Shown here one piece after another: positions 54,699 through 64,000 of a stretch of 64,000 nucleotides of DNA. Position numbers and translations under genes: made by a program. Below the pieces are notes generated by a model. It saw only the letters and a program-made list of their open reading frames with translations, ran no database searches and was not told where the DNA came from. Each line of letters opens with the position of its first letter. Within the stretch, counting starts at the first letter, position 1. Origin of the DNA: a virus (taxonomy: Duplodnaviria > Caudoviricetes); the IMG/VR virus record IMGVR_UViG_3300030708_002923, positions 9,022 through 73,021 of that record; one strand, written 5' to 3'.

Positions 54699-57060
54699 TC
54701 GCAGCCTCCAACACTTGAGCAATCGCAGGACCCTGCTCTTCAGGAGGAAGGGCGGCGATTTGTTGCAATATTTCCATTACTTCAGGGTTATCTCCAAATA
54801 TTTCAGCCATAGCCGCCAAAGCTTGGTCAGGTGGCATCTGAGAAATCTGTGCGATCATTTCTTGTGGATCAGTTGCCTGTTCAGCCCCCTCTACAGGCGC
54901 TTCAGCCGGTGCTCCAGGGGGCGCCTCAATGGGCTCTTGAGGTGGTGTAGCTTTAGATTCTTTAGTTTTATCCTGACTTTCCATAGCCAGTTCAGATTCC
55001 AACTCTTCTGGATGAAGGTCCTTGGGTAGATCAAATCGTTCAGCAAGTACCTTCATGTAGTTTTTCGCAAACACTCCTGCGGGTCCACCCTTGGTTGCTG
55101 TTTCCCAAAGCACACCGTAAGGCTGTAGGAGAGCAACCAAGTTCTGCTGCATGACACTGTCGCTGAGTGGTGTACGACCGCCTTCGACAAAAGTAATTTC
55201 AAAGTTGGCGTCCAAATCTTCGACCGTAACAACGATTTGTTCACTGCGTTCTCTCAAGATCAAAGTTTCTTGACTGACTTGGAATTCATCACCAATCTTA
55301 GAAATACCCTTACTTGGAACCACGTCTTCATCTACAAACGGCTCTTGTAGAGTCGCTGTATTTTTGGCCAGAGCCTCATCGACTTGTGCTGCTTCTTTTT
55401 CATCCGATGCTGATTTTGCATCAAGCGCACGACCACTCAGAGTTTGACCCAATAAGTTGAGTTCTTCAGGGGTCATGTCATCGATTTCACGCTTGGTGGT
55501 AATTTGTGAAGCCAAGTCCTTGAAGTCATCCGACTCAACGTCGATTCCTGCCATTTCTGCCATCGACAAAATCTTTTGCTTATCGAAGGTTTCTACGGCT
55601 TCTGGCTGTTCGATTTGCGCGTCATCGTTTGGTTCCGCACCAACCTCTGCTACATCAACCGACTGATCGTCGTATGCACCTGAACTATCTCCATCATCTT
55701 GCATGCAAGCAATCAGTGTGCGTAGCAGTAATTCAGTAAGATTCGACAACCATTGATCCTTGATTGTCGCATGCAAACCAAACTCTGATTCTGTGTATTG
55801 TTGAACCGTTTCCACCTCAAATGCAGTAGCCTTGGTCACAATGCCTCGGGCCTGTGGGCTTGTGCCAATCACACGCTCGATATCGGTCTCTACGTCACGA
55901 ACATAGCTTTGTATGTTGCTCGATATGGCAGCGTTTTGAATTGGCAGAATTGCATCGCCAAGTGGGCGTTCAAATCCAGAATCAACTTCCAAAATCAAAC
56001 CGTCGTGACCCTCTGTAAGCAGAGTCATCTCTTCGGCATTGAAGGTGCCTTTTCTTGTCACATACTGGCGCGTGTCTTTCCGCGTGGCCATCGCCATATA
56101 CGATCGATATGCATTCAACTCTTTGAACTGAGGCATAAGCCGTCGAACATGGGCGATACCCCGCAAGGGATACTCAGGCTCATAGTTGAAAATCAACGGT
56201 ACAATGTGCGCCATCGGCTCACCATCATGGCGAGCGAAAGGTAAAGGACCAACGTACACCGGTTTTTTCGATGCATCGCCTTGACCCAAAACGTATATTT
56301 CAAGTCTTCCTTCATACTTAATATCAGGGTTTTCAGGATCGACGTAGTGGTCGACCAAGTTGCAAAACTCAAGAACGCGAACGAAGTTGTTATCGTCCTC
56401 AGTCTTATCATACCGCTTACGGCTACCTTTCGTGTCAGCAACGGTGTCGGCACCAGACAAAAAGTCCAACCTTCTCGTCCCTGAAATGTCTTCCAAGTTG
56501 TACTCTTTTTCGACCTCTTGTTTTGGTCGATAATACAAATGACCACGAAAACGCTCGTCGTCTGCATCGGACACTTCGTGATCCAAAAGCATTTCCCAAA
56601 TGGGAATCACTCGCATCCACACACGATCAAGGGGGCTACCTCGGCCGTGATGATATCCTACTTTTATACCAGAGCCTGGATACAACAAAGCCTGCCTCAA
56701 GGCAGACATGACGCGCTCGTGGATTTTACGACTGGCCAGCAACCTATTGATTGCCAATTCTGCTTTTTGAGGATCTCCGGTGCCCGCAGGGTCTGGACCC
56801 AACACAACACGGCTGGCTCGTGGATACAGGGCCGAGAGATACGATGTGATTACACCCCACAGGCGGTTTACCTCTACCTCAACCTCGCGTAGACGACGAT
56901 TGCGCTTAGGCATGTCATCACCAGTCATGTACTCCCAATATCGAGTCATGTAGGTGTGCTTATACAACGACCAATCCTTACGGTGTCTTCTTGCATAGCG
57001 GTCATGTGAACGAACGAATTCGTGTACAAGTTTCGGTGATATTTGATCTGTTTCTTTCAC
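54685..57060 (-). CDS. Portal protein
   Basis: 791 aa directly after TerL; acidic insertion and Gln/Pro-rich tail typical of podovirus portals. Confidence 0.85.
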   Translation of the reverse strand: MKETDQISPKLVHEFVRSHDRYARRHRKDWSLYKHTYMTRYWEYMTGDDMPKRNRRLREVEVEVNRLWGVITSYLSALYPRASRVVLGPDPAGTGDPQKAELAINRLLASRKIHERVMSALRQALLYPGSGIKVGYHHGRGSPLDRVWMRVIPIWEMLLDHEVSDADDERFRGHLYYRPKQEVEKEYNLEDISGTRRLDFLSGADTVADTKGSRKRYDKTEDDNNFVRVLEFCNLVDHYVDPENPDIKYEGRLEIYVLGQGDASKKPVYVGPLPFARHDGEPMAHIVPLIFNYEPEYPLRGIAHVRRLMPQFKELNAYRSYMAMATRKDTRQYVTRKGTFNAEEMTLLTEGHDGLILEVDSGFERPLGDAILPIQNAAISSNIQSYVRDVETDIERVIGTSPQARGIVTKATAFEVETVQQYTESEFGLHATIKDQWLSNLTELLLRTLIACMQDDGDSSGAYDDQSVDVAEVGAEPNDDAQIEQPEAVETFDKQKILSMAEMAGIDVESDDFKDLASQITTKREIDDMTPEELNLLGQTLSGRALDAKSASDEKEAAQVDEALAKNTATLQEPFVDEDVVPSKGISKIGDEFQVSQETLILRERSEQIVVTVEDLDANFEITFVEGGRTPLSDSVMQQNLVALLQPYGVLWETATKGGPAGVFAKNYMKVLAERFDLPKDLHPEELESELAMESQDKTKESKATPPQEPIEAPPGAPAEAPVEGAEQATDPQEMIAQISQMPPDQALAAMAEIFGDNPEVMEILQQIAALPPEEQGPAIAQVLEAASASL

Positions 57061-58625
57061 GATACCTTCGCTCCGCTCAAAACATTAAAAGGATTTCTGC
57101 GAGCATGATATCGCTTTGTCCCTCTTTTGGGAATATCCTTAGCCTGTGGCATTTTACGACGATTCCACTCAGCAAGCATTAACGCATCTGAATGGTCGTC
57201 GTGATAACCATCTTGTCCTTCGATTTTTCCATTGTGTTCACGAATATGCATCAATTCTTGAACCGTAGATAAATCGTTCAAAGTTAGAATGTCGGCGTTC
57301 ACAACTTGACGTAAGTGAGCATAGGCCTCTTCTTTACTTCCGCGAGTTGTGGTCCAATATTTGGGAGTTTTACTGCCCGCTTGCCCTGGTGCTGGTGGCT
57401 TATGCCACAAAGGCAGTCCAGCCTTTTGAAACTCTCGAATAACCACTGGACCTGCACCACCCGTGTTTGCCTCGATTAACGTCCTGGCTTTGTTGTAATG
57501 CATCGCCAACTCAGCAGCCTTTTGAGCAAACAAAATCTCACCACCTTGATTCATCGATAAAGTCGCCACTTGACGACCGTCTGCACTCAAAACTTGAGCA
57601 ACCGCATTGTCTCCACCGTTACACCATGAAGGATCGACACCAACTGAGTAATTTAGTCCAGGGTACGGCCTCTCATAAATCCTCAACTCACCCTCTACGG
57701 GCTTGAGTGAAGACAATACGCTGTTGAGATAATCAGTATCAAACCAACTACCGTCATGAATGGCAAAGCCGTCCTCAATCGTAAGGGGATACTCCCGCCT
57801 AAAGCGACGAATACCGATCCCATTTACACCATGAATCTTATCGTGACGCCAATACAATTGACGCATTGTAAGGTTGTGCTGCTGACCTAAAACCCACTCT
57901 TCTTGATCTGGTTCCCAACCATCTGGCACGTCTGCCTGATATGCCCAATGGTCAGACCATTTGAAAAAACGAAAGCGAACAGACTTGTCTCCACGCTGCT
58001 TTGCTTCAATCGCACTCAAAACTTTGGAATGGAAGAGATTGCCGGGTCCGTCAGCGGTAGAAATAATAATAATCTTCTTGTGTGGGCCTTCGTGAAGCGT
58101 CGAAGTAACAGACGCCCATACGTCTTCAGCATTCGGCCAGAACGCCAACTCATCGGCGTGTAGACGCTGATACGTCCAACCACGAGCATCACTCTTACCG
58201 CCTGCAGTCATGCACCGGAAACCGGCCATACTGTCTTTGAATATCAACTCGCGCTTGTTTGAGCGCTCAATCGGCTTCTTGAGCATCTCAGGCAACGACC
58301 GGTAGTAATGACGAACACGGCCGAAAATAGCATCGGTAGAGTCATACGAGTCAGCCACAACAAGACAACGTGCTGGATCTTGAACCCAATACAAATAATT
58401 AAAGTTGTACGCAGTAGCTACGGTGGTATCACCAATCTGACGTGGTTTGTAATGAATCACAGTCTCAGCATCAGAACAGAAGTCCTGTAACGCCATGACT
58501 TGTTCAGCAAACGGTGTATTAAACGAGCGCTCCTGGCCTTTCTCATCAACAATCTTCAGACGACCAATAAACTCGCCTGGATGACTTGCTAACTGTGCAA
58601 GCAGCTTTTTATCGTTCGCATTCAC
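57057..58625 (-). CDS. terL: Terminase large subunit
   Basis: YKPRQIG (Walker A), LHADELAF (Walker B), ISTADG, VGVDPS nuclease motif, HDDHSDA. Confidence 0.93.
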   Translation of the reverse strand: MNANDKKLLAQLASHPGEFIGRLKIVDEKGQERSFNTPFAEQVMALQDFCSDAETVIHYKPRQIGDTTVATAYNFNYLYWVQDPARCLVVADSYDSTDAIFGRVRHYYRSLPEMLKKPIERSNKRELIFKDSMAGFRCMTAGGKSDARGWTYQRLHADELAFWPNAEDVWASVTSTLHEGPHKKIIIISTADGPGNLFHSKVLSAIEAKQRGDKSVRFRFFKWSDHWAYQADVPDGWEPDQEEWVLGQQHNLTMRQLYWRHDKIHGVNGIGIRRFRREYPLTIEDGFAIHDGSWFDTDYLNSVLSSLKPVEGELRIYERPYPGLNYSVGVDPSWCNGGDNAVAQVLSADGRQVATLSMNQGGEILFAQKAAELAMHYNKARTLIEANTGGAGPVVIREFQKAGLPLWHKPPAPGQAGSKTPKYWTTTRGSKEEAYAHLRQVVNADILTLNDLSTVQELMHIREHNGKIEGQDGYHDDHSDALMLAEWNRRKMPQAKDIPKRGTKRYHARRNPFNVLSGAKVS

Positions 58626-59185
58626 TACGCCTCACCTGGCTCAACTTTCCAAGACTCACCACCACCATCATTAAAGTAAGCGCGTAGCTGAATCAACGAC
58701 TCGCTATCTGCTGCATCTTTCTTGGCCGCTGCAGAATCAAATCGAGTCTTTGCATACTGACGATACGCCCACTCTTCACCTTCACCCATGGCATCGCGAA
58801 CACCGGTCCAGTACTGCATGTCCATCATCTTAAATTCCTCTTCAGAAATCTCAGAAGTGTCGGGAAACTCATCGTAAAACCAACCAAGAAAACGATCGTC
58901 TTCCTTGCACCAACGTGACCACGTTCGTTCATTTACAGCAACGCCTTGATACTCTTTTGCCTTCGATGCCTTGTACCACTCACCACGGAAAAAACGTTTA
59001 CGTTGAGCCAATCGGTAAGCTAAAGAACGAAATTTTTCTTGCTGTGGGGTAGGTCGAAACCCGTTATCATCTGGCTTCAACCATTCGTTGACCTGTGGAT
59101 TATTTATATGATCTACCTCTGATGAAATATCGACCACGACATCACAATCATTAGCATCGTTAAAACCATCTTTTTCGTCAGACAT
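58625..59185 (-). CDS. Probable terminase small subunit
   Basis: Coupled to TerL (1-bp stop/start overlap); HTH-like segment. Confidence 0.55.
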   Translation of the reverse strand: MSDEKDGFNDANDCDVVVDISSEVDHINNPQVNEWLKPDDNGFRPTPQQEKFRSLAYRLAQRKRFFRGEWYKASKAKEYQGVAVNERTWSRWCKEDDRFLGWFYDEFPDTSEISEEEFKMMDMQYWTGVRDAMGEGEEWAYRQYAKTRFDSAAAKKDAADSESLIQLRAYFNDGGGESWKVEPGEA

Positions 59186-59229
59186 TTGTTCTCCTTATCA
59201 TCCATTATCACACAGTATAGGAGTTATAC

Positions 59230-59400
59230 ATGCCTAATAACTTTGAAGAAGACTATAGAAAATTTAATGAAGTTCTTAAAAAGCTTCGGTCAGATGGAAA
59301 AATAAGCGATGAACCTCCACCATCTGACAAGATAGCAAAAAGAAAATACATCGAAAAACTAACTGAACTTTTCAAAAAAGAGGTCTACGGGTCAGACTAA
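59230..59400 (+). CDS. 56-aa opposite-strand small protein (MPNNFEEDYRKFNEVLKK...); below the ORF-track cutoff
   Basis: AGGAG RBS at 59218-59222; fills the gap between terS and ssb. Confidence 0.55.
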   Translation: MPNNFEEDYRKFNEVLKKLRSDGKISDEPPPSDKIAKRKYIEKLTELFKKEVYGSD

Positions 59401-59792
59401 AACGGAATGTGCTCATCGTTTACAGGAAACCCGTTGCTCTGTGACTGAGCAATCGGTGCGTTATCGTTTTTACCACCGAGAAAACGCACGTTGTCTGCAA
59501 CAATCTCTGTAGAGTACCGATCGTTTCCAGACTTATCGGTGTATTTGCGAGTCTGAATCTTACCTTCGACGTAAATTTCTTTACCTTTTGTGCAAAACTT
59601 GGCGACGTTTTCAGCGGTGCGGCCCCAAATCGTTACGCTGTGCCATTCTGTGTGGGGCACCCACTCATCGCCTTCCTTGCGTCGATCGGTCGTAGCCATA
59701 CGAACATTTACAACATTTGTTCCAGATGCCGTTGTTCGTAGTTCGGGGTCAACACCAAGACGGCCTACCAAGATTGCTTTATTTACACTCAT
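59397..59792 (-). CDS. ssb: Single-stranded DNA-binding protein
   Basis: VNKAILVGRLGVDPELR, TEWHSV, GKEIYVEGKIQTR, C-terminal IPF. Confidence 0.96.
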   Translation of the reverse strand: MSVNKAILVGRLGVDPELRTTASGTNVVNVRMATTDRRKEGDEWVPHTEWHSVTIWGRTAENVAKFCTKGKEIYVEGKIQTRKYTDKSGNDRYSTEIVADNVRFLGGKNDNAPIAQSQSNGFPVNDEHIPF

Positions 59793-60139
59793 TTTTTCTT
59801 CCTATTTTCATATTTTTTGTACCCAATCGCCAACGCTTTTTTTCGTTCATCGTCAGTCATCTTGGGTTTCTTACTGTATTCCATACGCATATGCTTTGCC
59901 AGAAACTTATCTTCAGATGGATTCCCATACTCTGCGTGTTGCTTTCCTTTTCGTATCGCTTTTCTTTTTGCGCGAGTATCAGCAGCAGTTTGCTGTGGTG
60001 AATCTTTAGCGTGCTCAGCGGCAGGCTTATACCGTTCACCCGTAGCATCAGGCCCTTGAATACTTGGCTTACCAGACTTTGTACGCCATTTTTTTTTGGT
60101 CCAATCATCCAGGTCCGTCTGAGGTTTTCTTTTGGCCAT
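59789..60139 (-). CDS. Small basic conserved phage protein
   Basis: WTKKKWRTKSGKPS...TGERY motif. Confidence 0.75.
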   Translation of the reverse strand: MAKRKPQTDLDDWTKKKWRTKSGKPSIQGPDATGERYKPAAEHAKDSPQQTAADTRAKRKAIRKGKQHAEYGNPSEDKFLAKHMRMEYSKKPKMTDDERKKALAIGYKKYENRKKK

Positions 60140-60684
60140 TAGTCTCGATAGCCTCCACCAGCCTTTTTATAGGCTGCAGCCAACATCTGAGCCTTGCGTG
60201 CAGACCACTGACCAGGCTTGCCGCCCTTACCACCGGCTTTAATGCGTTGAAATTGACGTTTACGCATCGCTGGCTTGGTATAATTACCGGCTTCGTTAAC
60301 CCGACTTTTAGATTTTTTTTTGGGGTTTCCAACCTCATACATTTCACCGACAATAGGATTACCTTGAGCGATAATAATTACACCCGGTGAGGTCATTTTA
60401 GGCATATCCATCATGGAATCAGAAGAGTCCTTCATCATCTGTTCCAACTCGCGCACTAAAGACTCGGACAAAAAACCGTCCATATTCAACTCTACAATGC
60501 ACTCTGGATGAGAAACCAGAGCGTATTTTACCTCTTGGTTGATATCAGTTGGCTGAAGCGGTCCAGAATCTCTCTTGAACATGGACATGGCACGCAAACC
60601 ATCGACCATGTCGATCTCACCAGCAGGCTTCTCTTCTTGATCCATAAAGTCATCACGAGACATTGCATGATCATAAAAAAACAT
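60139..60684 (-). CDS. Protein with a basic DUF5872-like C-terminus
   Basis: NYTKPAMRKR...GGKGGKPGQWSARKAQ...YKKAGGGY; start reassigned by TGATG overlap. Confidence 0.7.
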   Translation of the reverse strand: MFFYDHAMSRDDFMDQEEKPAGEIDMVDGLRAMSMFKRDSGPLQPTDINQEVKYALVSHPECIVELNMDGFLSESLVRELEQMMKDSSDSMMDMPKMTSPGVIIIAQGNPIVGEMYEVGNPKKKSKSRVNEAGNYTKPAMRKRQFQRIKAGGKGGKPGQWSARKAQMLAAAYKKAGGGYRD

Positions 60685-61097
60685 CAGTTCACCCTCCCTG
60701 CCCAAACCTTGCAAACACGCATCGAGGCACATTTGAAATCTAAAGCTTGGCAATAACCCAACTCACCCGCAGCTACGGCCATTTCAGGCTCGGCTTCATC
60801 ACCGATGCCTTTCTCAATACATTCCAGCATCTGAGGTGATCGATCAAAAAAGGAACAGTTTCCGCAACGCATCTGCATCACATTTTGAATCGTATCATTG
60901 AACATCTCGGCGTATTGACGCCAAAACTGCTCATTACCACCAGCATCATCCAATTGAGGATTTGCGGGGCCGTACATCTTTGTATCGATAGCGTCTTGTC
61001 TGTTTTGCAGATTCAAGTCAAGGTCTTGGGTGGCACGAGGACATGCATTTGGCTGACCATGCTCACGCATTCTGCTCATAAGAAAGTTGTCGTGCAT
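60684..61097 (-). CDS. Cys-rich conserved phage protein
   Basis: CPRAT...YGPANP...CGNCSFF...GYC...FKC...C. Confidence 0.7.
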   Translation of the reverse strand: MHDNFLMSRMREHGQPNACPRATQDLDLNLQNRQDAIDTKMYGPANPQLDDAGGNEQFWRQYAEMFNDTIQNVMQMRCGNCSFFDRSPQMLECIEKGIGDEAEPEMAVAAGELGYCQALDFKCASMRVCKVWAGRVN

Positions 61098-61396
61098 TAG
61101 CCCTTCACCTTCGATCCTGCTCGCCATTGATAGCAAGACCAGTACTTTGCCGTCAGTTTGTTTTTTGCCTTGGCCTTGTCGCAACCATGACGTGATCTGA
61201 AGTTCTTACGGGCCTTGGGGTTGTCCCTACGAATCGCCATCTTGGCATCACCAAATCGAATGACTTTCTTTTTGCCACCTGAACTGGCCACAACAACAAA
61301 CTTCTTTTTTCCGTATCCAGGCTCGCCCTTACGGATGCGACGGGGCTTGTTGGTTTTCATTCCCCCTTTCAACAATGCATCGGCGGACTGAGCCAT
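61097..61396 (-). CDS. Small basic conserved phage protein
   Basis: KKFVV...KVIRFGD...RKNFRSRHGC...AKYWSC..W. Confidence 0.75.
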   Translation of the reverse strand: MAQSADALLKGGMKTNKPRRIRKGEPGYGKKKFVVVASSGGKKKVIRFGDAKMAIRRDNPKARKNFRSRHGCDKAKAKNKLTAKYWSCYQWRAGSKVKG

Positions 61397-61397
61397 T

Positions 61398-61817
61398 TTA
61401 CATTCCGTATTTCGACTTGCTTCGCTTCATGTACGGATTGCCTGTTTCAGACTTCATGCCTGCAGCAATCTTGCCAACACGCTTAGATTGATCTCCGTGA
61501 AGCTTAGATGCCTTGCCTAACTGACCTGAAATATCTTCGAGGTCCTCTTTGGGGCCACCAACTTCACTGAGGCGAGGTAGCTTATCAAACTTTCGTTTCA
61601 TAAACTTATCCATAGCCATTTTTGCTGCACGGTCCCTGTCCATCCTGCCTTGGGCAGTGACGCCAGGGTTGCCCATTTCAGACTCGACATTTGCCTTGAG
61701 TGGTTGCGCAGCCATGCGAGGGTTGCGACCACGCTTCATGCGGATCTCTTTCGCCTGGTTCAGGGCTTCCATGCGACGTTTATCGTCCATGCTTGTTGGT
61801 CGTTTTTTTCGCATCAT
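61398..61817 (-). CDS. Basic hypothetical protein
   Basis: Lys/Arg/Met-rich; coupled to its neighbours. Confidence 0.65.
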   Translation of the reverse strand: MMRKKRPTSMDDKRRMEALNQAKEIRMKRGRNPRMAAQPLKANVESEMGNPGVTAQGRMDRDRAAKMAMDKFMKRKFDKLPRLSEVGGPKEDLEDISGQLGKASKLHGDQSKRVGKIAAGMKSETGNPYMKRSKSKYGM

Positions 61818-62428
61818 TGCATCATCCCTTGGCGCAACATTTTATCTGCACCGGTTTTCTCTTCACGCTCTGCAAACTCCATTGCCTCTGCGTAACCAAG
61901 ACGCTTGATATCGCTACTGGTCATGTTGCCCATGAAGATAGCACTGCGAGCCCGGTTGGCCTCTTCAGTCGAACCAGACAACTCATCGATAATGTTTGGC
62001 GACTCGGCCTTCATCTTTTGGTAGTCTTCGAGTCCTTGGCGAAAACCAACATCAAAAGCAGACTGACCACGCAACTCAGCAAGCTTGGCTGACGCAGCAG
62101 CATCATATTGCATGGATACCGGTGCTGATGGCGGTTGTCGCTCTGTCAACATGGAGGCAGAGTCACTTGGTGGAACATATGGAAGGCGTGCGGCTTCTTT
62201 GTTTCTCCTAACTTCCATTTTTATAGCATCTGCCTGAGTCATAGGTGCAGAAACAGGGGCCACACCCATCGCTGAAAATGTTCTTGATCGATCAAATGGA
62301 GGCATACGAGACTGATCAACCATCCGTTCAGCCTTCGCCCTCATTTCGGCGCGACTAGCCCCAGGGTTTTCTTCCATTGTCCGTTGTGCCATTTCATAAG
62401 CCGCTTCAGGACCCATACGACGAGCCAT
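61814..62428 (-). CDS. Hypothetical protein (204 aa)
   Basis: GGAGG RBS; coupled. Confidence 0.7.
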   Translation of the reverse strand: MARRMGPEAAYEMAQRTMEENPGASRAEMRAKAERMVDQSRMPPFDRSRTFSAMGVAPVSAPMTQADAIKMEVRRNKEAARLPYVPPSDSASMLTERQPPSAPVSMQYDAAASAKLAELRGQSAFDVGFRQGLEDYQKMKAESPNIIDELSGSTEEANRARSAIFMGNMTSSDIKRLGYAEAMEFAEREEKTGADKMLRQGMMQ

Positions 62429-62436
62429 ACTGCCTC

Positions 62437-64000
62437 CTAAACTAACTCTACGTTACCTAACAACTCTTTATATAACAAGTATGATATCAAGCCTGTTTCT
62501 TTTAGAGCCTCAAGATTGTAATAATCTTTTGCCAGTATACGCTTTTGATCATTATTAAGCTGCACTGTCTGTACAGGATGCTCAAAAAACTTAGCTTTTT
62601 GATACAAATAACGATTCAAATCTCCAGATTTACCAAACATATCTAACATTGGACCACCGTTTCCAATGGTTTCCTTCAGTCTCTTACGTTGTTTATTTTC
62701 CTGAGAAGTGCGTAAATCAGCGTCCAAAAGCATCGGATCGCCCGAATATCCCGTGTTTACGAACAAACGAACGTCATCGTAGCCCTGAATGCCCTTGGGG
62801 TCAGTGTCATAATACGTGTCCGAGCCCATCAGATATCGATCATACTCAGACTCATCGAGTTGCCTGCCAGCTTCTGAAAATTTATCTGCTGAGTCATCAT
62901 ACCACTCGGCCAGTAGCTTACCACGCTTACCGATCTTATCCTCTTCGTTAAGGCTTGCATACTCAGCTTCAATCAGGCCCATTTGTGTATAAAGGTCCTG
63001 TGCTTCATTGCTCAGTCCAATCATCTTCTCCACAAGTGCAGCAGTCTCTGAGAAGTCGATTGCTTGGCTGTATCCGCCATCGTAGGACATGGGCTCGTAC
63101 TCTGGAGGCTCTGAGAGCGGGTTACCCTGCTCTTCTTGTCGCTGTGACCGTACAGCGGCAGCAGCAGGAACGGCAGCACCCACTCCGATGCCCTTGAGTA
63201 TGTTTCCGCTTGGGTCAAACGTTCCTACGTTGCCGGTAGCTGACTTGATTTGCTCGGGATTAAACGCCATATAGTGGTAGGTGCCTGGAGTTACGTCGGC
63301 CATCCCTGGAATTCTGACCCCTGCAAAACCTCGTCTTGGACCAAAGAAGTGGTGTGCATCTGCGATAATTCCATCGAATCCCATATTTTCGAATACCTGA
63401 CGAATAAACTCTGTGTTTTCGAGACCACCAGTGTCTGATTGAAAGTAGTATTCATTGCCTTTTATTTCTTCGAAAATATCCAGTGCGTCTATCTCTCCAT
63501 CTTCTAAATTTTCACCAATAAACGTTTTAAGCTTTTGAACTTCACTTGATGATCCATAAAAATCATCCGCGACATCATCGATGGTCTCAAGCAATTCGAT
63601 TACTGATCCGCTTTCATCTACAAAGTTACCCTCATCATCGTACTCAATATCAAGATTGAATGTAGTTCTGCCTTTGTTGCCCGATGGGTCCAAGTAGACA
63701 GGGTTCTCAATATTTACATACGTCTTCATGACGCTAAAGTTTGCGTCACCAAGCACTCTCTTGCGGGCGATTTGATTAATTAAAGCGTTTTGTATCGATG
63801 AGTCTGCATCAAGTATATCTGAAGCATCTTGTCTTTCGATTGCTTTCCTAAGAATTGGTTTAGCCTTTTCAACAAATAATGTTGAAAAATTTCCTATTTC
63901 ATCTAGGTATCGTTTTGCAGCATCTAAAACTTCTTGATCAGGGACTTCATCAAGATCTTGAATGCGATCAATCTCTCGTTCCACCCTGTTTTTGATGTCA
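62437..64000 (-). CDS. Polyvalent protein with an ART-PolyVal-like (ADP-ribosyltransferase-fold) domain; 5' end lies outside the window
   Basis: YVNIENP...GFDGII...YMAFNPEQIKSATGNVGTFDP; frame stays open to the window edge. Confidence 0.7.
   Translation of the reverse strand, partial: DIKNRVEREIDRIQDLDEVPDQEVLDAAKRYLDEIGNFSTLFVEKAKPILRKAIERQDASDILDADSSIQNALINQIARKRVLGDANFSVMKTYVNIENPVYLDPSGNKGRTTFNLDIEYDDEGNFVDESGSVIELLETIDDVADDFYGSSSEVQKLKTFIGENLEDGEIDALDIFEEIKGNEYYFQSDTGGLENTEFIRQVFENMGFDGIIADAHHFFGPRRGFAGVRIPGMADVTPGTYHYMAFNPEQIKSATGNVGTFDPSGNILKGIGVGAAVPAAAAVRSQRQEEQGNPLSEPPEYEPMSYDGGYSQAIDFSETAALVEKMIGLSNEAQDLYTQMGLIEAEYASLNEEDKIGKRGKLLAEWYDDSADKFSEAGRQLDESEYDRYLMGSDTYYDTDPKGIQGYDDVRLFVNTGYSGDPMLLDADLRTSQENKQRKRLKETIGNGGPMLDMFGKSGDLNRYLYQKAKFFEHPVQTVQLNNDQKRILAKDYYNLEALKETGLISYLLYKELLGNVELV

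Larger units (their letters stand above)
1..64000. other. Tailed dsDNA bacteriophage genome segment (podovirus-like morphogenesis module), two convergent gene arms
   Basis: TerL, portal, scaffold, MCP, nozzle-like and ejection-like genes on - strand; primase/helicases/RecT on + strand; no host housekeeping genes or integrase seen. Confidence 0.96.

Noticed and set aside
30847-58490. Many + strand ORFs of 60-230 aa in the late arm (e.g. 40761..41306, 51440..52129)
   Set aside because: They are antisense shadows of long, motif-bearing - strand genes and lack RBSs or recognisable motifs.
1-64000. Alternative genetic code, tRNA genes or integrated prophage
   Set aside because: Long ORFs tile both arms under the standard code with coupled TAA/TGA/TAG stops; no cloverleaf with a T-loop was seen; no integrase, att-flanked host genes or host DNA.

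Overview
The whole window is part of one tailed dsDNA phage genome (Caudoviricetes, probably podovirus-like). I found no host genes, integrase, tRNA/rRNA or CRISPR array. There are two convergent arms. The + strand arm (1.2-22.6 kb) starts after ~1.2 kb of non-coding, highly structured DNA that includes inverted CCCTAACCT iterons. It carries ~35 small early genes (including GP88-family, ArdC and a DenV-like glycosylase), then primase, VapE-type P-loop helicase, SF2 helicase, YqaJ/RecT recombination genes, HNH and a DUF2589 pair. The - strand arm (22.8-64 kb) carries lysis genes, tail fibre/tail genes, two giant ejection-type proteins (one with a zincin motif, one with an M23 peptidase), nozzle/adaptor, cement, major capsid, scaffold, portal, terminases, SSB, small basic proteins and a truncated polyvalent ART-like protein. 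Most notable: (1) by manual scan the first 7,816 bp contain no GATC; the zone ends just after ardC and GATC is common immediately afterwards, suggesting a restriction-proofed first-entering segment. (2) Genes in that segment are separated by a repeated UUCG-hairpin/RBS element, like a cassette array. (3) The next gene block is chained by a repeated GGAGGTGAGTGATG stop/start motif, with an apparent insertion scar. (4) A phage-borne two-gene DUF2589 module. (5) An ATPase-less paralogue of the VapE helicase. (6) Several RNA structures: a candidate large ncRNA, an H-type pseudoknot after ardC, and an SD-sequestering primase leader. All family assignments come from motif recognition by eye; no database searches were run.
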